Source: Octopus vulgaris | Taxonomy: Eukaryota | Assembly (NCBI GenBank): GCA_951406725.2 | Contig: OX597820.1 | Location: 37,262,001 to 37,326,000, forward strand | Length of the DNA stretch: 64,000 nt | Direction: 5' to 3' | Shown: positions 1 to 11,065 of the stretch, in pieces | Layout: every line of letters begins with the position of its first letter | Position numbering within the stretch: the stretch's first letter is position 1 | Translations under genes and position numbers: made by a program | The notes under the pieces: model-generated | Databases searched by the model: none | Seen by the model: the letters and a program-made list of their open reading frames with translations, nothing else | Told to the model about the DNA's origin: nothing

Positions 1-274
1 AATTTTCTTAACGTGAAAGTTACACTATCCTTTTTACAGAGTAAATTGATCCCTTCAAAATCATTTAAGAGTGTCTTGGAGAATGTAAACTTTTAAGTTT
101 ATTGCCAGGATTAAAATACAATGTTTATCATGACAAGAGAAAAATTACTTGGTTATCAGTTATTAAAGAATCTCATTGATAAAAAAACCGCTTAAAATTT
201 ATAACTCATTAAAACTGTAGTATTCTCGATGACAGAAAATAATCCTGTACACAGCACCAGATTATTTCCTATTA

Positions 275-637
275 CAGTAATCTGTCGCCATTTCGCGGTT
301 TATTATTTAAGCTTACGTTGATTCCTCTGTGATGTTGTTTTGCATTGGCATGTAAAAAGCACCCACTACACTCGCGGAGTGGTTGGCGTTAGAAAGGGCA
401 TCCAGCTGTAGAAACTCTGCCAGATCAAACTGGAGCCTGGTGCAGCCCCTGGCTTCCCAGACCCCGGTCGAACCGTCCAACCTGTGCTAGCGCAGAAAAC
501 GGACGTTAGACGATGATGATGATGATGAAATTATAGATATAATAAAAAAAATATACAGTACACTTTCTACTTCGCGGATTTTTACCTATCGCAGGGGTTT
601 TTGGAACATAACACCCGCGATAGTCGAGGGGTTACTG
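275..637. mobile_element. Tc1/mariner-pogo-like MITE with a nested RTE 3' tail (~340-528)
   Basis: TA-flanked imperfect TIRs: CAGTAATCTGTCGCCATTTCGCG at 275 and CGCGATAGTCGAGGGGTTACTG ending at 637. The internal insert ends in (GAT)n. Confidence 0.6.
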
Positions 638-940
638 TATTTATCGATTTGCAAATCTAGATATCTCTCTCTTATGAAGATCACTAGAACTGGAATTAAA
701 GCTGCATTTGACATCTCATTTCCCTTGATATCACTCATCTATTACCTTCATATCTTGGTAGAATCTTACTACTTGTTCATCACTGACGTCTCCCAAATTC
801 TGTGCAAACTGATCTGAGTGACTGTATCTTGATGCATATTTTGCATCCCAGTGAATAAAAATACCAAAACATTTTTCCAATAATTTCCTGGTAATTCACT
901 ACTTCGTTGGACCCCGTTTTTTAACGCATATCATGTTATC

Positions 941-1270
941 TGTCTCTATATATAAAACACAGGATGTGTGTCTGTGTGTGTGTTTGTCATGTAAAAGCTC
1001 GAAATTCACCCAATCGATTTTAATGAAATTTTACACATGCATTACATAGCGTCCATGCGGGCACAGGGGAGATAAACCGCATTTTAAAAGAATTTTCGCA
1101 GTGTTAAGACCCGTAACTAGAAGAGTATCCAATCGCTTTCCTTCAAATTTGCAGCCAACATTAATCAGGCTCCTGGGATTGCTGTTGGCTAAACAAAATT
1201 TCCGACGCCAACTATGTCTCCCCCAACCACCATGCACATTAATTCGATTTGAGTAGGATCTTTTCCTTTT
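941..1270 (+). mobile_element. possible non-autonomous Helitron-like fragment (5' end)
   Basis: Starts TCTCTATATATAAAA...GTGTGTCTGT, like the 5' end of the element at 28938-29302. 3' end not resolved. Confidence 0.35.
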
Positions 1271-1999
1271 GAACGGCATATGTCAACACAATTTCTAGTT
1301 AACTAAACACTTTTAAACTTCGTATACTGGTAGAATGTTTATAAAACATCATTTTTTCTTGGCTTTATTGAGAAAATTCTATAGTTTGTAAGATATTTCC
1401 ACTTTAAAATCGAGCATTTCGGCAATTTTAACCAATCGCTGACCTCCATTTAGGTAAACAACATTCCGTGCTGTATGAATATGTCCCTCCTTTAAGAAAC
1501 AGATTGGGTTTATTTACATTTGCGAAGAAAAAAAGATACCCCCCCAACCCTAAAACAGATTGAAATGCAATAGATCGATACTAGGGTTATAATTATGGGT
1601 GACATTTTCATTTGACACCGCTAGAAAAAAATCCAATTTTCCGTAGCGGTGTCGTATAGAGTAAATGAGTAGCTAATAGTGATGTCCTGTATGAGGCATC
1701 TGTCTGTAACCCAAGGGCAAAGTCTGTGGGATCTCTATCCCACTGGCCCTAGAACTGAGGGAGTACTGACCGTGACTGGGGGGGGTCGTTTAATAATTTT
1801 ATATTTTTGTAACAAGCAAAGTGACTTGTATTCAGTAGATATGATAATCCTTGAAGAGCGACTCGAGTGGCTTGCTAAGCGAAGATAAAAATATATTTAC
1901 ATATACTCAATGAATGATTTTCTTAGCCCCAATTAAAACAGCGATAAATCGTAAACAGTAAAACTCACTGCCGGACTTAAGAAAGTAGCGAAGTACAGC

Positions 2000-2330
2000 A
2001 ACCCTGCTCTCTAGTGATTAGAGGTGAGTTCTCACTATACGAACAATGTCACTTCCGCTATGTCATTCTCGCTCCAGCTGGAGTTGTCGATCTGTTATTT
2101 ATTTTTTTATTTACACATATACTTTAATAGTAATAACTAATTATCTCCTGTAATTAACTTAAGAGATTGTTCATTAACCAGAAGACAATAGAGAAGTAGA
2201 AAAATGTTCTGCTCAATCTATCAATGCCCTCATCGATTTTAAGTCTTGCTCCTTCAGTAGATCACTCATTTCATTTTAGAACTCAATTATTTAATCTACG
2301 AACTACATTATTGCGTAAGTATCATTTATA
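2000..2330 (+). promoter_or_regulatory. conserved non-coding 5' module of ZNF gene 1 (exon-1 donor, short intron, mini-exon 2258-2314)
   Basis: GAG|GTGAGT donor at 2024, CACTTCCGCTATGTC motif, TTCAG|TA acceptor at 2257, GTAAGTATCATTT donor at 2315. Alignable to 26050-26370(-) and 34970-35550(-). Confidence 0.6.
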
Positions 2331-4705
2331 AATTTTACATATTTATAGAAAAACTTGAAACTCAAACTGCTATTGTGCCTACAAGAACCACGTGGAGGTA
2401 ATGGTGGGTAACTATTTTATAGAATCTGCTAGAATTGAACGACAAATGTAGAAGTTTCTCATCTGTCGGGCTTCATGTGAATAAAATATGCTTAATTTGT
2501 TGGCTAGGAAAGAGTTGCAGAAAAAAAGTTGATCGGACTTTCAGAATAGTTATAAACTACTTTTTTTTTTTTTTTTTTTGAATTTGCCCATTTCTTTCTT
2601 TAGAAAAGGGAAATTCGCAAAAATTTTCTGAAAAGTACAAAAAAAAATTCGGTTATAAGGGTGCTTTAAACCAGAATTCCGCCGTTGTTTCCTTCATTTT
2701 TCAGCATTCTTGTTTCATCCAACAATTGTCAAAGAATTTTTTTCCAAAAAATTTAATTTTTTGAAAACATTCTCCCATTCCGTCTCCTTTCTCTTCCTCA
2801 TGAGATAATGATAACTATTCCGAAGCTTCTCCAAAAATCGTTAATATAATGTATATTCAGTTGAAAACATGGCGTAACCCGTTAGATTTTATCTATTTTG
2901 AATAATACCATTTGGAAATATGGGTAATGCCGTTACATTGGGGGATCTCCTACACAAATCTTGGAGAAGTAATGGAAACCGTCGCGAAATTTACAAATGG
3001 AGGAAATTAAACTTGTCAGTTACGAAGGTTGATTAATAAAACAAAATTATTGTTATAAACAGATTTTGATATATATTCGATTGAAATAGTTTTTTATGTG
3101 TCCAGTTTCATTAGGTTATATGTTTTTGATGCTGTTCATAACAATTTTAAAAAGATTATTTACATTCTTTCGAAGGATTGAACCTCTGCATACTTCCTAG
3201 TGAAATTTTCCAAGGTGTTGATTGCAACATTTTTTTTTATTTTAGCAAGATAATCGTAATCTGTGTTATAGAAAAGATATCTCAAGGAAATTTTGTTTCC
3301 CCAAAATATGCAATTCACAAAGTTCGGCGTGTAGGACTGCATTATCATCTCCTCAAAAAGTTATTTCCCTATCCTTCCATAATTGTAATTTTCACCAACT
3401 AAAATGTATCTCTGGGAAATTAGTTCTTTAAGCAAGTTATGGGGGTGGTGATACTTCTGTAGTTACACCTTTTTGAAATATTTTCAAGCATATTTGCAAG
3501 AACTTTAGTTAATGGATCCTTGAAATTCTGAGTACCACTAACAATATTTGTAATTTCAAATCAGTTTATAGTGTATATTTTGAAAACAATTCACAAAATA
3601 GTAATTTTTTGGTTAATGGCTTGAAGTATTAGCTTCATTATTTTTGTAATTTCGATTGCATTACCTGACGTCAATTTGTTCGAGTGACTTACTAAAGTAG
3701 ATGGTTGCACACCTTATTCTTTCCTAGTTAACAATTGATTTCCTTCCTTGGATTATTGCAGATGACTACTAACTTTTTGTTTATGCATTTCATTATTCTG
3801 TCTTTATTTAAATTCCACAGATGTTAATATCCTTCTATACACGTTGGTAAAAGCTTCATCATCATCCTTTCACATCTGTCTTCCATATTGGCATAGTTTA
3901 GATGGCTCCATAGGATTTCACAAGCCAACAGACTGTCATGCTTCAATGGCATGGTTTCTTCAACTGGATGCCCTTCCTAATCGCAACCACTTTACAGAAT
4001 GTACTGGATGCAGCATTAATGATGATAATGATTTTCATTTACAAGTATAAAAGTCTATATCTATTGTTTTTGAGATGGTGTAGGAGTTACTTTCATTCCA
4101 GCACCTTTCATACAGATCTCTCAGGTTGAAGACTTATGTTGCTATACCCCTGTCGGTCTTTTTCAATTTGTGATGATGACAAGCATCATAATGATAATAT
4201 TTTGTACATTTACTGCAGTGTTGACCATTGTTAACTGGTAGTATGTGAAAACTGCAAGAGTTCAATGAAGTTAGAAGAGTCAAAGTAATTTTGTGAATAT
4301 AAGGCAAATATCTGATGTATATATATATTTTTTCTGTTGTTAGTATAGTTTACTAATATGGAAAACTTCCTTTTAAAGAAATTTTTGCAATAACAATTGT
4401 TTTCAATTTTTTCAATGTTCCTGTTGTGTTCATAAATTACTGATAAAGAAAAGAACTGTAGTTGTCAGTATTGAAGACTACAATGGAGTTACAATTATTC
4501 TTCCCTGGAATCAAGACTGAAAATTCTTATTCCAATGTTTAACTGGAAAATTTACCATGAAGTTTTAATTGTACAGACTAATGTCTTGTTATATCTCGTT
4601 AACTAATGCAAGTTTAATGATTGTTTATTTTTCTTGTTATTAATTACAAGATTATGTCATCATAAATCCCTATTCTATTTTTAACAGCCAAACCATCACA
4701 CTTTA

Positions 4706-5554
4706 ATGAAGATCATCATACAGGGAAATTATAAATTAAAAGAGAAAATTATGGATCAGAAACTAGAGCCTGAGAATACTGATTCATCTATCCATACAGA
4801 AGAAAATACACGAAAATACAGGAAAATAACTTACCATGAACGTAATCGCAAAGATGAAAAACTATACCAATGTTATTTATGTGATAAAACATTCTCTACA
4901 AAGGGTCATTTATCTTCCCACTTATGTATCCAAAATGGTAAAAAACCCTACCGATGTGATATCTGTGGTAAAACATTTGCCTACAGTGGTTATTTGTCAA
5001 ACCACAAATTTGTTCATACAGGAGAAAGACCATACTCTTGTGATATTTGTAACTTAACATTTACTAGAACGGGTCATTTGCTTGATCACAAACTTGCTCA
5101 TACAGGAAAAAAACCATTCCGTTGTGATTTTTGCCATAAAACAGTACCCACAATTAGAGATTTACATTTGCACCTTTGTAGACACAGAGGAGAGGGAGCA
5201 TCTTATCATTGTGATGCATGTGATCAAACATTCTTCCGAAGTGCTAGTTTAGATCAACACAAATGTATCCACACAGGAGAGAAACCATATCAATGTGATA
5301 GCTGTGGTAAAAAATTTTCTACAGAGGTTTCTTTGTCTTGTCACAGACGTATGCACACAAGAATAAGACCTTTATATCAGTGTGAGTTTTGTGGTAAAGC
5401 ATTTTCAAGAGGTGATTCTTTTACTAAACACAAACTTATCCACACTAAAAAGAGACCATATAAATGTGATATCTGTGGTAAAGCATATTCTACAAAGACA
5501 TTTTTGGCATACCATGTAAGTATGCATACAGAAGGAAAACCTTCAAAGAAGTGA
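4706..5554 (+). CDS. tandem C2H2 zinc-finger protein (8 fingers, first atypical)
   Basis: CxxC-x12-HxxxH repeats with TGEKPY-type linkers. By alignment with paralogue leaders the likely start is ATG 4751 (MDQKLEPEN). Confidence 0.93.
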   Translation: MKIIIQGNYKLKEKIMDQKLEPENTDSSIHTEENTRKYRKITYHERNRKDEKLYQCYLCDKTFSTKGHLSSHLCIQNGKKPYRCDICGKTFAYSGYLSNHKFVHTGERPYSCDICNLTFTRTGHLLDHKLAHTGKKPFRCDFCHKTVPTIRDLHLHLCRHRGEGASYHCDACDQTFFRSASLDQHKCIHTGEKPYQCDSCGKKFSTEVSLSCHRRMHTRIRPLYQCEFCGKAFSRGDSFTKHKLIHTKKRPYKCDICGKAYSTKTFLAYHVSMHTEGKPSKK

Positions 5555-5765
5555 GTTAACTTTCCACAAAGATATTCACGTAGGAGAAAAGCTATTGATA
5601 TACTATGAAATCTGTAGTAAAACTTTTGCATAGTCATTTCTTAACAGCTATATTCACAGAGGAAGGAAGACCATACCATTGTGATATCTGTAATGATACA
5701 CTTCCTAAAGTAAACATATCCATAAGGGAGGTAAATCATAGCTATGGTGACACTTTGTAATAAAC
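5555..5765 (+). pseudogene. decayed zinc-finger repeats after the gene 1 stop
   Basis: GGAGAAAAG and AGACCATACCATTGTGATATCTGT finger/linker remnants with stops and frameshifts. Confidence 0.6.
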
Positions 5766-6399
5766 AGTTACCATCAATTAATGTCCAATTTTCTATACTT
5801 GCATGGATCTGATGAAATTCTTTGAGGCATGTTTTCCCTAGCCAGATGCCTTTCCTTTTGCCATTTCTCACCTGTTTTCAAGCTAGGTAAAGGATGTCAT
5901 TTCTATGACTGCGATAATCATAATTTTTGCACGATGTCAGGACAAGGAGAAACAAATGTATGAACCTCTTTCAGTTTCTGTCTACCAGACTCCCTCACAA
6001 GCTTTGGTTGGCTAAAATTATTCTCCACAATATAAAAATATTTGTCTTGCTCTGAAATAATTTTAAACTTGAATTCACTAGAGTTAGTAATCAAAGGATA
6101 GGAATCTAGCTCTTAGTTAGGACTCAGTCATCATCAGTGCCATCATAACTGCACATATTCACTATACTTGTTTGTACATCCATAAATATCCAGAACAAAT
6201 CACTTGCTGCTGTATTTTTGATAATTGGTGTCTCTTAGAATTCTATAATACACCATAATATTGTTAAACTGACACCAACCTAATTTATTTTGTATTTTGC
6301 CTGATATATGGGGTGACTGAATGAAATCTAGTTGTTCTAAATTCACAATTCCTTGGTTATTTCATCCAGATGATCTATTCTAGAGGTTCATCATTATTG

Positions 6400-6760
6400 T
6401 TTCAACACATACTTTTCCATGCTTACATGGACCAGATGAAGTTTATTGAAGCAGATTTTCTATGATCAAATGTCTTTCTGTTGTCAATCCACCTCTGTTT
6501 CAAAACAAGGTAAAAATTCCTCATAGCCTGACATGTTTTTGCATATATTAGAATTGAATGATACTGCTTGTAGAACAGTGACACTTGTTTACATCTATCA
6601 TACTATGTCAAAGAGACACAAACATATTCTTACTCTCTCTCTCACTCACGCACACATACTTGTATACAACAGGCTTCTTTCAGTCTACCAAATACACTCA
6701 TAAGGCTTTGGTTGGTCTGCAGCCATGTTAGATGACACTGCCCAAAGTGTCATGCCTTGG
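6400..6760 (-). mobile_element. degenerate tRNA-like SINE (family A)
   Basis: Reverse-strand similarity to the copies at 53521 and 17835. Confidence 0.5.
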
Positions 6761-6784
6761 ACATCCTTTTATATTTATGATACT

Positions 6785-7869
6785 GAAAATGCTCAGAGAC
6801 CAACTTCCACCACATTCCAGGGAGAAAAACTAGAAATTGTTGATAGCTTCCATTACCTAGGTGACCAAGTCAGTAGCGGGGTGGGTGTGCTGAAAGTGTA
6901 ACTGCTAGAGTAAGAATAGCCTGGGCAAAGTTCAGAGAGCTCTTACCTCTGCTAATGACAAAGAGCCTCTCGCTCAGAATAAAGGGCAGACTGTATGACG
7001 CATGTGTACGAACAGCCATGCTATATGGCAGTGAAACTTGGGCTGTGACTGCTGAGGATATGCGTTAGCTCGCAAGAAATGAAGCCAGTATGCTCCGATG
7101 GATGTGTAATGTCAGTGTTCATACTCGACAGAGTGTAAGTACCTTGAGAGAAAAGTTGGACCTAAGAAGCATCAGTTGTGGTGTGCAAAAGAAATGTTTG
7201 CGCAGGTATGGTCATGTAGCAAGAATGGATGAAGATAGTTGTGTGAAAAAGTGCCACATCCTAGCGATTGAGGGAACTTGTAGAAGAGGTAGACCCAGGA
7301 GAACCTGGGATGAAGTGGTGAAGCACGACCTTCGAACTTTAGGTCTCACTGAGGAAATGACCAGAGACCGAGACCTTTGGAAGTATGCTGTGCGTGGGAA
7401 GACCCGGCAGGACAAGTGAGACCATAACCCGTGGCCTCTACCTGGGACGTGGCCAGCCCGCTTATGCATACCTTTCCTACTTGTGAAGACCTGTTGAGGC
7501 AAGTGAATATCGAAATCGATGAACATCAATGGAAATTGTAGCTGTGATACCAGTGCTGGTGGCACATAAGAGAACCATCCGAACGTGGCCGATGCTAGCA
7601 CCGCCCCGACTGGCCTCCATGCCGGTGGCACGTAAAAAGCACCATCCGATCGTGGCTGTTTGCCAGCCTTGTCTGGCACCTGTGCAGGTGGCACGTAAAA
7701 AGCACCCACTACACTCACGGAATGGTTGGCGTTAGGAAGGGCATCCAGCTGTAGAAACACTGCCAGATCAGACTGGGCCTGGCACAGCCTACTGGCTTCC
7801 CAGACCCCAGTTGAACCGTCCAACCCCTGCTAGCATGGAAAACGGACGTTAAACGATGATGATGATGAT
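6785..7869 (+). mobile_element. 5'-truncated RTE-clade LINE (RT C-terminus, 3'UTR, (GAT)n tail)
   Basis: Translates to YLG...LYGSETWA..MLRWMC..GHVARM..GRPRRTWDEVVKHDL, typical of the RTE ORF end. One in-frame stop. Ends GATGATGATGAT. Confidence 0.88.
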
Positions 7870-8559
7870 ACCTGAAATGATTGCTTAGTTTGTTCTCTTT
7901 TCTATTATTATTAACGTACAGTAAACTGAATGTTGATAAGACATGTTGTTTCCATCTAGCTTACTACTTGGATAATGTTGGGAACTCATTGACAGTTTTA
8001 TTAGATGTCTGAGAAAGTGAACTTCTTGATATTGGATTATTTATTCTATTGTTTAATGCTCATGTTCTCAATTTACTCAGCTAAATAAATTCCTTACTAT
8101 TGTGGACTTAATTCAATGATTGCAACTGCAAGAAATTAGTGACAGAGATTTGCAACTCTAATAGTTGACCAAATAACATTTAGATGGAGTCTTGTTAACA
8201 CTTAAATCATGATAATACTGAATTAATCCTTTTGATACCAATGTGCCTGAGGCTGCTCCTGAATCTGTAATACACACTTCCTCTTATTAAAGTGATATAA
8301 GTTAAAAACCTTTCTATAAAATTTCATGTTTCAAACACCAGGTTGATAAGGAGAAAGATATTCTATTGAATTTTTCATTATTTTTTAAAATTGATTAAAA
8401 GACATTGTATATCAAGAAGAATATGATAGCAAAAAGGGTAAAACTAAAGAAGGCCTTATGCTGCAATGAAAATTTTACACAGAAGCATATGAATTGATCC
8501 ATGTTAGTGAGGGGCCAGTTAAAATAATTCCCTTTTCAGCCACATGATTGACAAGAAGT

Positions 8560-9632
8560 CATCATCATCATCATCATTTAGCGTCCGCCTTCCATGCTAG
8601 CATGGGTTGGACGGTTCAACTGAGGTCTGTGAAGCTGGAAGGCTTCGTCAGGCCCAGTCAGATCTGGCAGTATTTCTACGGCTGGATGCCCTTCCTAACA
8701 CCAACCACTCCGTGAGTGTAGTGGGTGTCTTTTACATGCCACCTGCACAGGTGCCAGACAGAGCTGGCAAACGGCCACGAACGGATGGTGCTTTTACGTG
8801 TCACCGGCCCGGGGCCAGGTGATGCTGGCAACGGACACGAACGGATGGTGCTTTTACGTGCCACCGACATGGGGCCAGACAGAGTTGGCAAACGGCCACG
8901 AACGGACGGTGCTTTTACGTGTCACCGGCACGGGGGCCAGCCGAGGCTGGCAATGGACACGAACGGATGGTGCTTTTACGTGCCACCGACACGGGGCCAG
9001 ACAGAGCTGGCAAACGGCCACGAACGGACTGCTTTTACGTGTCACCGGCACGGGGGCCAGCCGAGGCTGGCAACGGACACGAACGGATGGTGCTTTTACA
9101 TGGCCAGACAGAGCTGGCAAACGGCCACAAACGGACGGTGCTTTTACGTGTCACCGGCACGGGGGCCAGGCGAGGCTGGCAACGGACACGAACGGATGGT
9201 GCTTTTACGTGCCACCAACACGTGGGCCAGATAGAGCTGGCAAATGGCCACGAGCGAATGGTGCTTTTACGTATCATTGACACGGGTGCCAGATGAGGCT
9301 GGCAGCGGACACGAACGGATGGTTCACTTAACCCCTGCTTTCTGATATATGATTTGGTTTTGATTGTTCTCACTGGTCTTGCCGGGTCTTCTGACGCACA
9401 GCATACTTCCATAGGTCTCGGTCTCTGGTCATTTCCTTGGTGAGACCTAGAGTTCGAAGGTCGTGCTTCACCACCTCGCCCCAGGTTTTCCTGGGTCTAC
9501 CTCTTCCACAGGTCCCCTCAACTGCCAGGGTGTGGCACTTTTTCACACACCTATCTTCATCCATTCTCGCCACATGACCATACCAGTGCAATCGTCTCTC
9601 TTGCACACAACATCTGATGCCTCTTAGGTCCA
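8560..9632 (-). mobile_element. 5'-truncated RTE LINE with expanded 3'UTR minisatellite
   Basis: ORF 9370-9606 RLHWYGHVARM..GRGRPRKTW; (ATC)n tail at 8560; same family as 6785-7869. Confidence 0.88.
8725..9325. repeat. ~60-bp GC-rich tandem repeat (~10 units, alternating A/B types)
   Basis: Core GCTTTTACGTG recurs at about 8790, 8850, 8911, 8972, 9031, 9092 (variant), 9140, 9201 and 9263 (variant). Confidence 0.92.
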
Positions 9633-9929
9633 GTAACTATATAAAACAAATTCTTAGTGGGATGCTTTAAAATTGTATTTTTATGTGGCATCTAGTTACA
9701 AAATGTTTTATGTAAGATTACATGCTATGTACTTGGATGCAGTTAACAAATATAATTTAACATCTATGAGACTTGTGTTGTGCGAATTTGCTAAAATTAA
9801 TGTGCTATTCAAAAAAGAAATGTTTGATCACTGTAGCATGAACAGCATAGTTTTACAATATATGGTTACAAGAATTTTGCATACTCAGTATGTGAATCTT
9901 GAAATGAATTTAGACATTGAGTCATAAAC

Positions 9930-10250
9930 ATGCAGTCATGGTTGTATGATTAAGTTTTCTTACTAAGTACATTATTATGAGCTCAGTCACACTGCATGGC
10001 ACCTAGGACCAACCAAAGCCTTGTGAGTAAATTTGCCAAACAAATTGAAAGCCCAGCACATCCATACATGTATGAGTGCTTGTGTCTCCTGGTCTTATCA
10101 TGAGATGGTTGTAAACAAGTGTCCCCTTCATAAAGTAGTGATGTTTGTTTTCATTCTTTGGAAATGTGTCAGATCATGGGAAAAAATTATTCTGCTTGGA
10201 AGCAAGTGAATGCTGGTGACAGGAAAGGCATCCAGTTGTAGAAAATCTAC
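9930..10250 (+). mobile_element. degenerate SINE family A
   Basis: CAGTCACACTGCATGGCACCT..GACCAACCAAAGCCTTGTGAGT matches other family A copies. Confidence 0.5.
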
Positions 10251-10929
10251 TTTTAAAATACATGACTTTATATATAAGCTGTTTTAACAGTTTTTAACCA
10301 ATAAAATTTCATCAAAACAAATTTTCTAAGAAGAAAGCAACACAGAAAAGCTATCTAAGCTAGGTGAAACCCTACAGAAGATTAAAAATCATTTCTTTGT
10401 GAGTTCAAATCCTATTCACCTTTCTTTTGTAGTTCTACCTTTAACTTTGACTGGCCAATCTAAAACTGGGGAAATAGAGAACTAGTGGCTCAAACTGTTG
10501 ACACACCATTGGAAAAGTATACTAAACAAATTCTTACAGACAAGTTAGAAGCCTGGTGTAGAGCAACAACACTGAAAGATGTAGAGATGAATCTGGCTTG
10601 CTAGATTTGTCATGTGTTGTCTGTTTACAGCATGCCACTAAGCAATTCCTTAGTTGAAAATGTGTTTCAAAGAATAACCTCCATCAAAACTAAGTGAAGA
10701 AACAGGATGGTTACAATATACATTCTCTTTTACTCTCTACCCTGTTTTCAGCCTGCAAATTGTGCCAATTCTGCTGGGGGACTGCCATTTTGTCAGTTTT
10801 ACAACTAAAACTCAGTAGTTATATTTGTTACTGATTTTGCTTCTAGTGAAGCCACATTGAGAAAGAAATTAATAAAGAGAATGAAATTTTCAATGCATTA
10901 AAATTTAAAGGCATGAATCATAATGACTT

Positions 10930-11065
10930 CAAATTTTGGTATTTGTTTTATTGACCCTGAAAGGATGAAAGGCAAAGTCGACCTCTAGAATTTGAACTTA
11001 GAGTGTAAAAATGAACAAAATGTCGCTAAGCATTTTGTCCAGCATGCTAATGATTGTGCCACCTC
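10930..11065 (-). mobile_element. SINE family B fragment
   Basis: Reverse of GTCGACTTTGCCTTTCATCCTTTC and AAAATGCTTAGCG core. Confidence 0.65.

Noticed and set aside
8725-9325. CRISPR-like repeat-spacer appearance and multiple overlapping ORFs
   Set aside because: The 'spacers' are themselves two alternating repeated sequences, the context is a eukaryotic LINE 3'UTR, and there are no cas genes. The ORFs arise from a stop-poor GC-rich repeat.
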